Source of the DNA: Blepharisma stoltei ATCC 30299
Taxonomy: Eukaryota > Protista > Ciliophora
NCBI GenBank assembly: GCA_965603825.1
Contig: CBFDEM010000062.1
Location: 186,001 to 250,000 of the forward strand
Reading direction: 5' to 3'
Length of the DNA stretch: 64,000 bases
The notes under the pieces: model-generated
Databases searched by the model: none
The model's input: only the letters and a program-made list of their open reading frames with translations
What the model was told of the DNA's origin: nothing
In this document: positions 35,051 through 47,576 of the stretch, piece by piece
Position numbering within the stretch: the first letter of the stretch is position 1
Layout: every line of letters starts with the position of its first letter
Program-made: the position numbers and the translations under genes

Positions 35051-38000
35051 TTATCTTCTCAAATTTCTCTCTAAATCTGCAATTCTTTCTTCATATGCCT
35101 TTCTTTGATGCACAATTTCCTGTTTCATCCTCTTTATATAATCCTCATATTTTTTAGCACAATCCCCAGAGCTTTTTTCCAGTTCGACTCTTTCTTCTAC
35201 AAGCTTATTAAACAAATCAATGACTTCTCCAGGGTCTAGCTCTTTATTATCTATCATTCTCTCAATTTGTTCTAAAGTGCTTCCAATTGATTTTGAGCCA
35301 GGCGTTACAAACTCACTGAGCTCATCTGCATCAAGATTCAAAATATCCATGCAGTCGCTATAATATTCTCTATCAATTTGTCCTGACATGCCAAGTTTTG
35401 ACTTAAGCCCTTCTACAGAAGCTGATAATTCTCTAAAAATTCGTCTGGTAATATTAAATAAAGCTTGAAGCTGAGATTCAGCTTTTTTAAGCTGCTGCTG
35501 GAGTTTTTCATTTTTCTTGATTTCTTTTTCAAGAGATGTAAAAGCATCTGTGGAAGCATTTTGTCGGTCAGCTTGAATTGCTTCTAAATCCATTTCGGTA
35601 GTTTCAAGCTTGACTTTTATAGCTTTCAGCTGCGTGTCTTTTCGATCACAGTCGTTTTTAAGTTTTCTTACTTGGTCTTTTAATTTTTCAGTCTGGTCTG
35701 AAAGAATCTTTCCATTTTCGATATCTGACGAATAGGAATCTAGCCTGGATTTCAGATCTTTTATCATTGCATCTTTTCTAGCCAAATCATTTTTGAAGCT
35801 CCTCAGTTTTTCAGCCATTACAATGTTATCATCATTTAGCCTTTTTTCGCTTTCTCTGGACTGTTCTAATGCATTTTTCATCTCATAGATCGCCTTATCT
35901 TTTCTGCCGAGCTCATTTTTCATTCTTTTGAGTTTTTCAGAAATATCTTTAATTTGTTCAATTTCGTCTTGCATAGCATTTGTTTCGTTTTCTTGCTGGT
36001 CCTTAATAGATTTATAGTTCTCTAATAAGTCTCTTTTTCGATTAAGTTCGTCAGAAACCCTCTTTAAAGCGAGCTCAAGTTCTTTATTTGTGTTCACTAA
36101 TTGGTTCCAGTCTTCTGGGGAGTGCCATCTTTCTCTGATTCTATTTACTTCTTCAGCAAGTCTTTGCATTTCAAACCTGTGTCTTCTTTCTAATTCCTGC
36201 AGCTCTTTTCGGTTTGTTTGGTCTTTATCACGATTTTGTTCATGCATTTCTATGTTCATATCAAGCTCGACTCTGAGTTTTTGTGCTTCTTCTTTGACTC
36301 CTGCTAATTGTGATTCGAGGTTTCTTATAATGGCTTTTAGCTTATAAATTTGGCTTTCTAAAAGTACAACTTCATTTTGCTGCTCTTCTGGGACAGACTT
36401 AGGCTGCTTTTTATCTTTTTTAGGCTTAATAGATTTTAGCTCAGTTTTTAGTGATCTTATGACTGCGTCTTTTTTGGAAATCTGCATCATATAGTCAATA
36501 GTTTCAGAAGCTTTTTTGGCACCTTTTCTGTTTTTAAGTTCTAATGAAATTTGTTCCTTGAGGCTTGAAATTTGTCCTTCGTATTTTTCTACAGTTTTAT
36601 CGAACTCTGCATATGCATTTTTAATTTCTCCTCGGATTTCGTCAACTTTTTCGAGGTATTGCTTTTCGATTTCTTCTTTTTCTATTTCAAGCTCTCTTAT
36701 TCGGTTTTCATAGTCTTTTATTTTGGTTTTTTGTTGAGCTTTGGTTTTTTCAGCTTCTTCAAGCTTAGGGGTTGCGTTTTCCCAATAATGCTCAAGCTCT
36801 TTAATTTGTGAGTACAGCTCTTCTTTTTGCTTTTCTGCAGTATTTAGTTTTTCCTTAAGATCACCATTAAGAGATTTAAATTCATTTACCTTTGTAGCTG
36901 ATTCTTGGATTTTTTGGTTTAATTTGAAAATTTCGCCCTTAAATTCTTGTTCCATTGATCTGCGGTCTTGGTCAATTTTCTTTATATATTCTGCCATTCC
37001 TTCAGCAGTGCTTGCTTTTTCATCAAATCTCTGTAAAAGCTTATCTCTGTCATCTTTGACTAATTTAAGCTCATCTTGAGTTCTTGCTAAGGCCATTTCT
37101 AATTTTCTTACTTCTTCTTTTCACTCTTCTTCAAGCTGCCCAATCCTTTTATCAGAGTCTGCTTGGCCTTCATAAAATTCTCTGAACTTGTTTTCTGACT
37201 CAATTCTCTTTCTGATTTCATCATCTAAAACAGTTAGTTTTTCTCTTAATGTAGAGTGGAGGGCAAGCATTTGGGTATTTAAATTTTGAATTTGAGACTC
37301 ATAAGCTTGCTTTAAATTCATTATTTGGATGGTATAAGTGTGCTCCATTAGCTCTTTTTCTTCTTCTTTGATGGCTTTTTCTGCTTTTTCTTTTGGAGGC
37401 CTGCCTACACTTTTGCTTCTTTTTTCTTTCTTTTTGGCTTCTTCTTGGGATTTGTAGTAGTTTACGTATTCTTCAAGCTGGGTGATTTTGTTTTCTTGGG
37501 CTTCTTTTTCGCGCTTGTTTCTTTCCATTTCGAACTTTAAGTCGTCTTTAAGTGCGTTTATTTTGATTTTAAGCATTTTAAGCTCTTCTGGCTCACCTTT
37601 GGCTTCTCTTAACTCGTCTATATCGTTTCGTAGTTCTCTATTTTTTTTCTTTAAAACTGTATTTTCAGAAGCATGCTTATTTTTTTCATCTTGTAGCATC
37701 TTTACTTGCTTTTGTAGCTCTGCAACAAGTTTATCTTTAGAAATTAAGGTTTCTTGATGCTCAGTTTGCCATTGTCTCATATCATTTTGGACTTTTTCAA
37801 CCTTTTTGCCAGTAGTTTCTCTCAGCTCTCCCATATTTTCAATCTCCTTTCCTAATTTTTCATTATTTTGAGCTACCTTATCATATTCAATTTCAAGCTT
37901 GTTATATTGTTTCTTAGTTTCATTCAAAGCAGTATCTAGCTTCCTATTTTCTTCTAGCACTTCTTCAAACTTCTCAGCAATATCTTTGCTTTCAGCTTTT

Positions 38001-41000
38001 AATTGATTAATTTGATCATTCATTTCACTGGTTTCATAAGAATGTTCTAATTTCGTTTTAAGCAGCTCTTCTTCTAGTTTCTTTTTCATCCCTTCAGCAA
38101 GAATGGCTCTTTCTTTATAAAGGTTATCATCTTTTCCTTGGATATTTTCTCCAATTCCTCTTACTTCTTCAAGATCGCTTCTAATTAAAATGCAGGCTTG
38201 TTTCAAAATGTCTAGTTCTTGAGCAGTCTCTTTTGTAGACTTCGCTAAGTCCATTGCTGCACCTTTATACTGTGCGCTGCTTGTCATATTTCCTGTGATT
38301 TCGACTGAAATTCGGTTGGTGAACTCTACAAGGTTTCTTATTGTATTATGTGCAATATTCAATTGTGTTTCCAACAGTTCGACATACCATAGCTGCCTAT
38401 CTTCTTCTTTTGAAGGCTGGAATTCTACTAAAGATTTCAAGCTTTCATCTCCTCTCATAAGTTTATTCATTCCTTTCGTGAGGGCTTTTATAACAATTCT
38501 TTGGCATTGCTCAATTGTTGGTGATTTTTTCCCATCTATAGATCCACAAACTGAAGACTGAGAATCCCTATCAGATTCGCAGAGCTGGTCTATTAAATAA
38601 ATAACCCCTTCAATAAGGTAGCCATAGTCGTCTTCTCTTACATTATCTTCTTGGTGCCACAAATTCGAAATAGGCATGTACTGTCCCCAGGCATTAGCTT
38701 CACTTAGTCTGAGTTCTGAGTTTTCTATTTCCACTTCTCTGATCCTTCTTTTTAGGGAAACAATAGAAGGATGCTCTTCTTCCTCTTCATGGAAATATTC
38801 GTCGCTTGGTTCTGGGACTTTTTGGATTGCCATATATCGCTTCAGGCCTTTGATTCTTGCTTCATAAGTTCTGACTGATTCTTCTTTTTTAATTAAGTTT
38901 TCGCGAAGATCAGCTAAAGCTTTGCCAGAAGTTCTGAGCTTTCTACAAGCATCGGATTCGCCCATTTTGGCGACCACTAAAGCTCGGATAAGTCTTTGTG
39001 GTGCAAACCCAGAAGGCCTTGAAGGTTTTTCTAATGTTAAAGAGCCTTTCTTTCCTTTTTTGGCAGGCTGAGACTGGCTTTTTTCAGTTTCAATGCCAAG
39101 TCCTGCTTGTAGGTCATTCATAATTTGGTTTCTTGCATCTAACTCTTCTTTAAGTTTTGAATTTTGGTTCGTCAGCACTTGGAATTTTGTAGTGAACTGC
39201 AGATTTTCATCATGAAGCCTTTGGTTTTCTTTTAACAAATCATCAATATCCATCAGCATCTGTTCATTCTGCTGCTTGAAATATCCAGGATAATTCCCAT
39301 CTGTAAATTTTTCACATTTCCTAGCATACTCTAAATCCAGTTCTTCTTTATTCCTCTTGATTTCAATTTCACAATTAGTTTTAATGTTTTCCAACTCTAC
39401 TCTTTGCGCTTCTTTTAATTCACTGATTTCTTTCCTCAGTTCTTGTTCCTTTGGCCCCTCGCTTTCGCTTTGTTGTGCTCTTAAATTCCTCAATGCAGCA
39501 AGCTCCTTTTCAAGTCTTGCAACTTTTTGCTGAAGATACGAATTTTCTTCTTTTCTGGTTTCAAAAGCTTCTTTCAGCTTGAAAATTTCTGCTTGTTTCT
39601 GTTCAAGTAAGTTCCTTGTATTGGTAGTATTGATAATATTGATATTGATTGGGACGTCTCTTTTTTCAGATTCCTCTATAAGTGCGCTTAGGCCTTCATT
39701 TGTGATTTCAAGGGAATTTCTTTCGTGGCATAAGCCTTCATAAAGAGACTGAAAATCAGCAAGCTGAATTTTAAGAGCTGTAATTTCGCGGCCTAAAAGT
39801 AAAAGTCGGCTGCCTTCTGTAGTGTCTAAAGACGCTTTGCTTAATAATGAGTCTATATAAGATCTGATTTCTTCATCACGGATTCTAAGCTTGGATTTTA
39901 TTTCTTCTTCAGCGCGGTTCATGCAGCTTCTTTCGACTGCTTTTTTGTTCAACTCAATCATTTTTAGCATGTCTTCAAGCTTTTTGACCTTGATATCATA
40001 AACTTCGCATCGTCTTTTAAGCTCAATAGACTCATCTTCTATATTTTTTAGTATATCTTCTTTTTCAATTATAGACTTTTCAAGCTCTTTGATCCTAGAA
40101 TGGTAGATTTCGGGGTTTGGCATGTTTGAAGGGTTTCTCCAAAACGTGAGTTCATTTGTAAGCAGCTCGACTTGGTCTATAAGTCTGTCGGTTGCTTCTA
40201 TAGTACTTGAGTCTAGATATTTGAAGTAAACATTTGCCTTGACAAGAAATTCAAGCTCTCTGAGCTTAGACCCGTTGCTGAGGATAGTTTCGTCACATAG
40301 CAAAACTAAGTTTTGTAGCTGCTTGCAGATTTTGCTAAAAACTTCAGGCTCATTAATCCTTTTTCCTGCGTTGCCTAGTGAGATTGAAAGCTGATTAATA
40401 GCTAATACAAGAGATTTGTCAGACTCTTGGCCTGATTTTTGCTCCTTTTCATCTCTAACCTTGAGTAGATTGTCCCTGAAATCTTGCCGTTCTTTAGCTA
40501 GTACTTGAGCATGTCTTTTTTGGCTTTCATTTAGCTGCTGTATATACAGGGTAACTTTTTCTTTTAAGCTTTTTTCATCGTCTTGAGACCTTTTATATTG
40601 AGTTTGCAAAGCCTGGATATCATATTCTTTTAAGGCTAATTGCTGCTTAAGTTCGCTATTCTTCTTATAAAGCTCTTCATTGATTTTTTCTAATTTAGAT
40701 CTTTGGAGCAGTGATTCTTCGTCATTTTCCAAAGCTTTATTAGCAATTCTTGTTTGTTCTTCTAGCTTCTTCTGAAGATTGATAACTTGGGTCATGAGCT
40801 CAGACCTTTGTTTTATCAATGAGCCTTCTACAGCTTTGCTAGTCCCTAGCTTCCCAGCAAGATCAACTAGTTTTTTATCAATATCTTCACTGCCTTCAAT
40901 AGTTTCAAATAAAATCGCAATTTGTTGAGTTTTCCTTTTATCATTAAGCTCGCTTTCTTCCAGTTCTAATTTCAATTTATTTCTTTCTTCAGTCAGCTTT

Positions 41001-42784
41001 GAAATTTCACTTTTAGCTGTTTTTTCTAGCGCTTCAAAGTGTGATTTAAGCTCATCTCTTGAATCTTTCATCTTATCAAGCTTTACTCCAAGCTGATCAA
41101 GTGACTTTTTCACTTCTCCAAGCTGCTCTTCAGAAATTTCATTCTTTTTCTCCAGCTGCATAATTTCTCTTTGCAGCCTGCTGATTTCTTCAACATGCTG
41201 ACTTTCTTTTTGGCTGAATTTTTCTTTGAGAGCATGGTTGTCTTTTAAGACTTCATAATGTTTCATCTGATATAGTGTGACTTCTTTATTAAGGTCTGCA
41301 ATGCTTTTTTCATATCTTCTGCTTTCGAACTCTTCCCATTCAAATTCCAATCCTTCTTTTTTCACGTCAGTTTGGGTGTCTTGGCTATGTTTGACTACTT
41401 TTGCTTTTTTGGAAGCTTTAAGTATTGAGTCTTTTTCGGTATTCCAAGCTTGCCTTTCTTCTTCAAATTGCTGCTTTAATTTGTTAATTGCTTCTTCAGC
41501 TCTTACCAGCTGCTGTAATGCTTGCTCTTCTCTGTTCTTTAATGCAGTAATTCTTGCATTTAGTCTGGAAACTAGCTGAGTTTGGGCAGCAAGATTTTGT
41601 GTGTAGGACTCAGTGCCGTCAATTTTGGTTAAAATGCCAGAGAGGTCTTGGTGGAGTTCTTTATTAGACTGTTCAAGAGAGGAAACTATATGCTTGAGGT
41701 CTGCGTTTTCTCTTTCAAGCTGCTGAGATTTCATCTGTTCAGTTCTTAAAGAATTAGAAAGCTGGGATAGCTCTTCGTCTGGGCTAGCTCTGGTCAAGCT
41801 TTCTTGAGATCTTGATTTTTGGATTTCAATTAATTGGTTTTGCAGCTCGATAAGTTCTTTATTTTTATTGGCAATTGAGTTCTCTAGGTCACGATAATGG
41901 TCTCTGCTTATCTTCAATTCTTCATAGAGTCTTGTATTTTCACTTTCCAAGTCTTGAATTTTTTTGACGCTTACTTCGCCATCTGGGCTTCCTTCTAAAT
42001 CTTCTTGTTTAAAAGTAACTGATGATCTCTGGCTTTCAGCTAGCTGCCTTGATAAATTTTTATTTTCTTCTTCAAGCTGCAAGACCTTGCTGAGCACATC
42101 ATGGTAACTTGACTGTGAGAATTTTCCAAGCAAAGCTTCGATATGTTCAGCCTGTGTTGACACTTTAGTCCTCAATTCAGTGATCACCTGTTCTTTTTCA
42201 CGGATCACTTTTTCATTATCCTCTCTAATTGAAGACTGCCTTTCACTCAGTTCCAGCACATACTGCTCCCTCTGTTTCAGCTTGTGAGCTTCTTCTTCTA
42301 CCTTCCTCAACTTATTTGTGAGGTCATTTATTTTTTGGATATTAGTTTCAGCTTCTTTTTTATCATTTTCAAGGTCTTTCTGCAGCTGAGCAATGGTGTC
42401 GCTCATTTCAAGCACTTCGCTGCCTTTAAGCGTTCTATGGAATTTCTCATTTAGCATATCAAGCTCATTTTTAAGGCTTTGGGACAGCTGCTCTTTGTCA
42501 AAATTGTTCGTTTTCAGCTCTTCTATTGTCTGGTATGCTGATTCCAAAGATTTTTCGGTATTTAATAGAAGGACTCGTGCGTCGTCTAATTGGTGCTCAA
42601 GCTCAGCTATTTCATGTCTTTGGTCACCAATGATTCTTTGAAGGTCTTGGATTGTGTTGTCTTTGATTGTTAAAATTTCTAAAGTCCTGCGTGCGTTGGC
42701 TTCATATTTTTCTCTTTCTTCTTGTAAGGCGAGGTCAATTAAAGTCTCCAGGGTTGGCGGCTTTTCTTTGAATAAGTTGGCCAT
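35051..42784 (-). CDS. Giant coiled-coil protein (2577 aa), possibly basal body/centrosomal
   Basis: The 1887-aa and 681-aa ORFs share a frame, joined by a single TGA (37121) and a coding-like linker (EEE-W-KEEVRKLEM); heptad E/K/L/Q throughout. Confidence 0.8.
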
Positions 42785-42934
42785 GTTTTTAAATATAAAT
42801 CTGAAATTAGAATAAAGGATTTGAGGGATTGATAATTTTGCTTATTTAGAGATGAAATAGTTCTGAAATGGCTTAAATAAAGTTATAAAAATTGAAATAA
42901 ATGATTTTAAGCATAAAAAGTCTAATTTAAGTTA

Positions 42935-43816
42935 TTAGTGATTTTTTATAATTGGATCCTCGGCCCAATGATGCTTAATAAGCTCCATTGAAATTTCATA
43001 TGAGAGGAATCCGCACCCATTTGCTAATGCAGCTCTAACTGCACATGCAGAGAAGCCAAATCAAAATCCTTTAAGCCCGCTTTCTTGGTAAATTAGTTTT
43101 CCCATGTTATAAAATCCTCCATCTCACCCTCTAGCTACTTCATGTCCTACCTGTAGTCTAGTTTTAATGATATCTTGCGGATAGCTTCATATTCAGCAAT
43201 TCAGCCCAGCTACCATCCCTGAAAGAAATAGCCAATATAGCGGAATTTCATCTCTCCCTAAAAACCACTTCAAACTTGTCTTACAGCCTTCATATGCAGC
43301 AAACTGTCCTGCATACGCAGGAATCTCTCGATAAATTGAAGCTACATTCCCAACATACAGTCCTCTTATTCCTTCAGTTTTGAATACATGTTTAAAGCAT
43401 TCAAAACTGTTTTTGTATTTAATAGCCCTTCCTATGTCTTGGTTATGGCTTTGGACTTGCATTTTGCATTTAATCAGCTCTATTGGAGTGACTACAATTG
43501 TATTCACAAGTCCTGCATATGACCCTGCAAGGATTCCATTCGAAAAACTGTTTTGATTGCCTAAAAAAGAGTTTGCTTGTGCATAAGCTCCAAATATAAC
43601 TGCGTTCACTATTGGGACAGATCATAGAGGTCCAGCCACCCCATAATAAAACCCGCGCAGCCCATCTGCTTGTAATGTGATTTTTATGCATTTGAACAGA
43701 CTGTGGACATGCCCAGTTTGCATTCTGACCTTGATAGTGCTGATTAGGGTTTACTCAAAGGGATGTCCTGATAGTGTGATTGCGACTCCTGCACATATGC
43801 CTGCACTGAATTCCAT
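42935..43816 (-). CDS. Mitochondrial carrier (carnitine/ornithine-type SLC25), 288 aa; intron 43740-43754
   Basis: Three Px[DE]xxKxR-type motifs: HPFDTIKVRMQ (created by splicing), TPIELIKCKMQ, YPQDIIKTRLQ; 5 TGA. Confidence 0.92.
43740..43754 (-). other. 15-nt intron GTAAACCCTAATCAG
   Basis: Removal reconstitutes the carrier signature PFDTIK. Confidence 0.92.
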
Positions 43817-43958
43817 CTCTAATTAATTTTCATCATATATTTCTACTTTATAGTCTTTAATAAGCTGAAAATAAGTTTTTGTATCTAAAAACTGTTTATG
43901 GCTGTTTAGTATAAAATGTTTTATTTAATTAAAGAATATCAAATATAGCAAAATATTT

Positions 43959-44936
43959 ATGAAGCAGCAAAGCAGTCTTCTAACAGTAGAACGACACATG
44001 AAAATTTCGAAAAAAGAGCTGGAGTTCAATCCGCCTAAAATTATTCCAAACAAGCATAGCCAGACACCTCTTATTTCACAGCTATCGAATTCCTCGGCTG
44101 ATTTTAAAATTAAAGGAACTATCAGGAAATCAAACCCATACTCTTCTTATATATCGAGAATTAAGCTGCCAGTTTTGAAATCAGATACAAGAAAGACAAA
44201 GCATATTACGCGATCTGAATCTAGCTCACCGAATACGAGATCATGCAACTCGTTTCACAGGTCTCGAATTGGTTCTAAAGACTTAAGAATACCGAATAAT
44301 TTCCCTGATCTTTCGATTGATTTGCAAAAGAAGCCGGCTGATATTGTCAAAAAGATTTCAGAAGATAGTGGCATGAAATCAATTCAATTATTAAATTTCG
44401 ATAGAAAAAAACCTGAAATTATAAAACCTCTAGAAACTAAAGCAATAAAGCAAATTTATCCACTGATAAGCGACAAAAGTACTCGCGAGTTCATACCACT
44501 TTCTTCGGATAGAACTTATGAAGTAAGATCAAAGGCAGAGACGCCATCTCTAGCTTCTACCAAGCAGTCTATCCGAAGGCCAGTTTTCAGTATCCGAAAA
44601 TCTAAAGCAAATTTAGATATTTCAGACCATGAAATCGAAAATAATGATTCAGTTATAGAAGGATCTAAGATAATAACATCTACCACAAATATATCATTTG
44701 TGTCTAAAGTTCCATTAAAGCAGCACAAATTTGACCCTTCTTTTGCAAATCTGTTTAGCTTGGAACCGACAGCATCTTCTCCTGAATTTAATACTCCAAA
44801 TAAGCTTAATGATATTGAAAGCATTTCTAAATTCATAAAGCTTGAGCCTCACAGATTTGCAATTGAATTTAATTCTTTAAGAAAAATAAGGAGTCAAAAC
44901 ACAAAAAGGTCAAGAGTAAAGAGACTCATGATGTAA
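43959..44936 (+). CDS. Hypothetical basic Ser-rich protein (325 aa)
   Basis: Uninterrupted ATG..TAA ORF; no recognisable domain. Confidence 0.7.
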   Translation: MKQQSSLLTVERHMKISKKELEFNPPKIIPNKHSQTPLISQLSNSSADFKIKGTIRKSNPYSSYISRIKLPVLKSDTRKTKHITRSESSSPNTRSCNSFHRSRIGSKDLRIPNNFPDLSIDLQKKPADIVKKISEDSGMKSIQLLNFDRKKPEIIKPLETKAIKQIYPLISDKSTREFIPLSSDRTYEVRSKAETPSLASTKQSIRRPVFSIRKSKANLDISDHEIENNDSVIEGSKIITSTTNISFVSKVPLKQHKFDPSFANLFSLEPTASSPEFNTPNKLNDIESISKFIKLEPHRFAIEFNSLRKIRSQNTKRSRVKRLMM

Positions 44937-45472
44937 AAGAGCTAAGCTATTTATATAATTTGAATTATTTGTGAAGTTGTTTACTCAAGCTTATATATTA
45001 TCATATAACTCATTAATAAAATAAGCTTTATTAAACATCCTTATATAAAAGAATAGCATCATATTCCTGAAAGATATATTTTAATTTAATAAAGAAGCAT
45101 GCTCTCGCATAATTATTACGGCTAAGTAAATTTTCACTATCCACAGTTTTCAATTTTTATTCAAATCTGATAAAAATATTTACCCAATAAATTAGTGACA
45201 TCATCATCAACATGTCACTATAAGAAACTTTTGAAAATCTTGAACTTCAACAAACTTCTCAAGCTGCTTCTCCTTTTTGGTGAAGTTAGAAAACTTCAGA
45301 AAATAAACTAAATCTTCATGGGCTAGCCATATTCTTATTTAAAATATGTGGTTACTTCCCAGACTTTACCTTATTTTACCTATTCTTTTATTTTTATTCA
45401 CACAATTTAAAATCCTGACTTGTTTTCATTTTATCAAGGATTTCTTTTCATCTTTATTATCCCTATTATAAA

Positions 45473-46429
45473 ATGAAAGCTGTTGCTTTAATTCTTCTTG
45501 TGACACTAGGCACATTTTCCCAAGCCCTCCCATTGGATCCTGTCAAGGACTTTTTAGATGCTGCCCATACTGCCTTTACTGGCTCAGCGGTTAATAACGA
45601 GAACTGTCTCAGCCTTGACGAGCAAGACGCCCTTTTCACCCGCATAATCAAGCTCTTCTCCGATTTCAGCGATTATGCTTCCTTACAAAAACTCTACCTT
45701 GACATTGTGATGTCAAGCGCCGAATTCCAAGCTTTCTTCAACGACTGCGATATTAGTGCTTTCACCAGCGCTGTGTCTGACAGCATTGAAAGACTTGGCA
45801 CTGAAGCAATCCTTGACAAAATGGTCAGCCAATACAGCGAAATCCAGGCCAAAATCCAAAGCACTGTTGACCTTATCAGCCAAGAAAACTACGCTCAAGC
45901 TGGAACTGAATTCGGAACCCTCTTCGGAATGATTTTTGAACCAGCTGCTGATGCCATGTTCAGAGTGAACTTTGTGGAAAACGCCCTTACCCCATTCGCC
46001 CACGACTTTTGTGACTTTGTTTTAGGGTTGGCTCTTGGATTCCAAAAGACTTCAACTCCACTCTCCAACTGCTACAATGACACCAAGGCTATCAGAGCTG
46101 CTTATGATAACGTAGATGCTATGGTTGATAAATGCTTGAAATTCAGCTTCTCCTCTTGCAACAACGTCCCAGCCATGTTGACCATTTTCAACACCCAAGT
46201 TATGGCAAGCTACAACAAATGCAATATTGAACTTTTAATTAACGACATCCAAGGACTTAAAGAGCCAGTAAACTTCAGCCAAAGTGTATTCCTTTACTTC
46301 AGCAATGAAGTCTTAATCAAAGGATACATTGCAAATATGGAAAAGGCTTTCGCTAAAGGAGACTTCTTGACTGCTGGACAAAACTTCTCATCGATCTTCC
46401 GAGTTGTCCTTGGATTTTCAGTTAACTAA
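45473..46429 (+). CDS. Secreted protein with signal peptide and two internal ~140-aa Cys-containing repeats
   Basis: MKAVALILLVTLGTFSQA signal; repeats end ENYAQAGTEFGTLFGMIF and GDFLTAGQNFSSIFRVVL; strong C-ending codon bias. Confidence 0.8.
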   Translation: MKAVALILLVTLGTFSQALPLDPVKDFLDAAHTAFTGSAVNNENCLSLDEQDALFTRIIKLFSDFSDYASLQKLYLDIVMSSAEFQAFFNDCDISAFTSAVSDSIERLGTEAILDKMVSQYSEIQAKIQSTVDLISQENYAQAGTEFGTLFGMIFEPAADAMFRVNFVENALTPFAHDFCDFVLGLALGFQKTSTPLSNCYNDTKAIRAAYDNVDAMVDKCLKFSFSSCNNVPAMLTIFNTQVMASYNKCNIELLINDIQGLKEPVNFSQSVFLYFSNEVLIKGYIANMEKAFAKGDFLTAGQNFSSIFRVVLGFSVN

Positions 46430-46483
46430 ATAAATATTTATTTTGTCTAATTAAGGAATTTATTAATATTTTAGGAAAGATCT

Positions 46484-46990
46484 ATGTCATGGGATGCTTA
46501 TATTGATAATTGACTATTGCAAAAACGCACAGAGACGACGAAATATGATAACTGTTGTAGTTCTTGTGCAATATTGTCAAAGTTTGATGGATCTATATGG
46601 GCTTGCTCTCCTAATTTTAGGCTTTTGAACTACAAATTGGATATCCCAGATGAAGATTCCAAATATTCTGAAAGGGTTTATATTAATGAGGCTGCAAATT
46701 TGGTTTATACGATGAATCATGATGGTAAGTCGCCAAATAAAGCAGGAATCCGAATAACAAACAAAAAATATTTAGTTGTGAGGTTTGATTCAGAAGCAAA
46801 AAGTATGTATCTTAGAGGAAGATTGGGTGGAGCTTGTGCATGTATGACGAACTTGTGTATAATATTTGCGAGTTATGACGATAATTCGATTGTTACGTCT
46901 GAAACTGAGTATCCATTTGTGCAAAATGCAGGATTGACGAATGAAAGGGTTGAGTCATTAGCTGATTTTCTGAGAGAGAGCGGATTCTAA
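46484..46990 (+). CDS. Profilin (alveolate type), 168 aa
   Basis: MSWDAYIDN(W=TGA 46511)LLQ, GIRITNKKYLVVR, IIFASYDD, VESLADFLRESGF. Confidence 0.9.
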
Positions 46991-47237
46991 TGATTTTAAG
47001 TTATGAAATGATAGTATTTAGCTTGAATTAATTATAATTATGCTTTAATTTCGTTAAGATAGCAGTCTTAAGAGGAATTCTTGAATTTTCAGATTTTAGC
47101 TTGAATTTGCAATCAAAACATAAGAAAAATCAAGATTTTCGCTATGTCGCCTTTGCAAATAGCTTAATTTAAGCTTAAAATCTAGATAAGCTCGAATAAG
47201 ATTAGTATAGTTTTAACCAATACTAGTTAAGCTAAAA

Positions 47238-47496
47238 TTAAGCTTCATCATAAGTGCCTTTCTTCCAATCTTCATAAGCAGACTTCAGTCCTTCAGGAGT
47301 CGTAAATCTCTCATAGCGAGTAGGACAGTCTACGTTAAACCAAAGAATCTACTATAAAATTTACTCTTTCCACATTGCATTTCATTGGAACATCCACATC
47401 TTTCACGCTCTTTTCATGGAGACAAGTCACATAGTTCTTTTCGAGCATCTTACACTCGACTTCTTGGTTCATTGGAGGCTTGTAAAGGATATCCAT
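47238..47496 (-). CDS. Small 80-aa CX9C-containing protein (possible mitochondrial intermembrane-space/respiratory-chain subunit); 16-nt intron 47349-47364; absent from the ORF track
   Basis: MDILYKPPMNQEVECKMLEKNYVTCLHEKSVKDVDVPMKCNVER|ILWFNVDCPTRYERFTTPEGLKSAYEDWKKGTYDEA*; GC-richer than flanks. Confidence 0.78.
47349..47364 (-). other. 16-nt intron GTAAATTTTATAGTAG
   Basis: GT..AG, phase 0, AT-rich island; removal gives a continuous 80-aa ORF. Confidence 0.78.
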
Positions 47497-47576
47497 ATTT
47501 TTATATTCTCTTAGGCAGGATTTGCTTAATTTTTATTCACTTCAATAAGTTTGAAAAGAAAATTCTATTTAAATAA

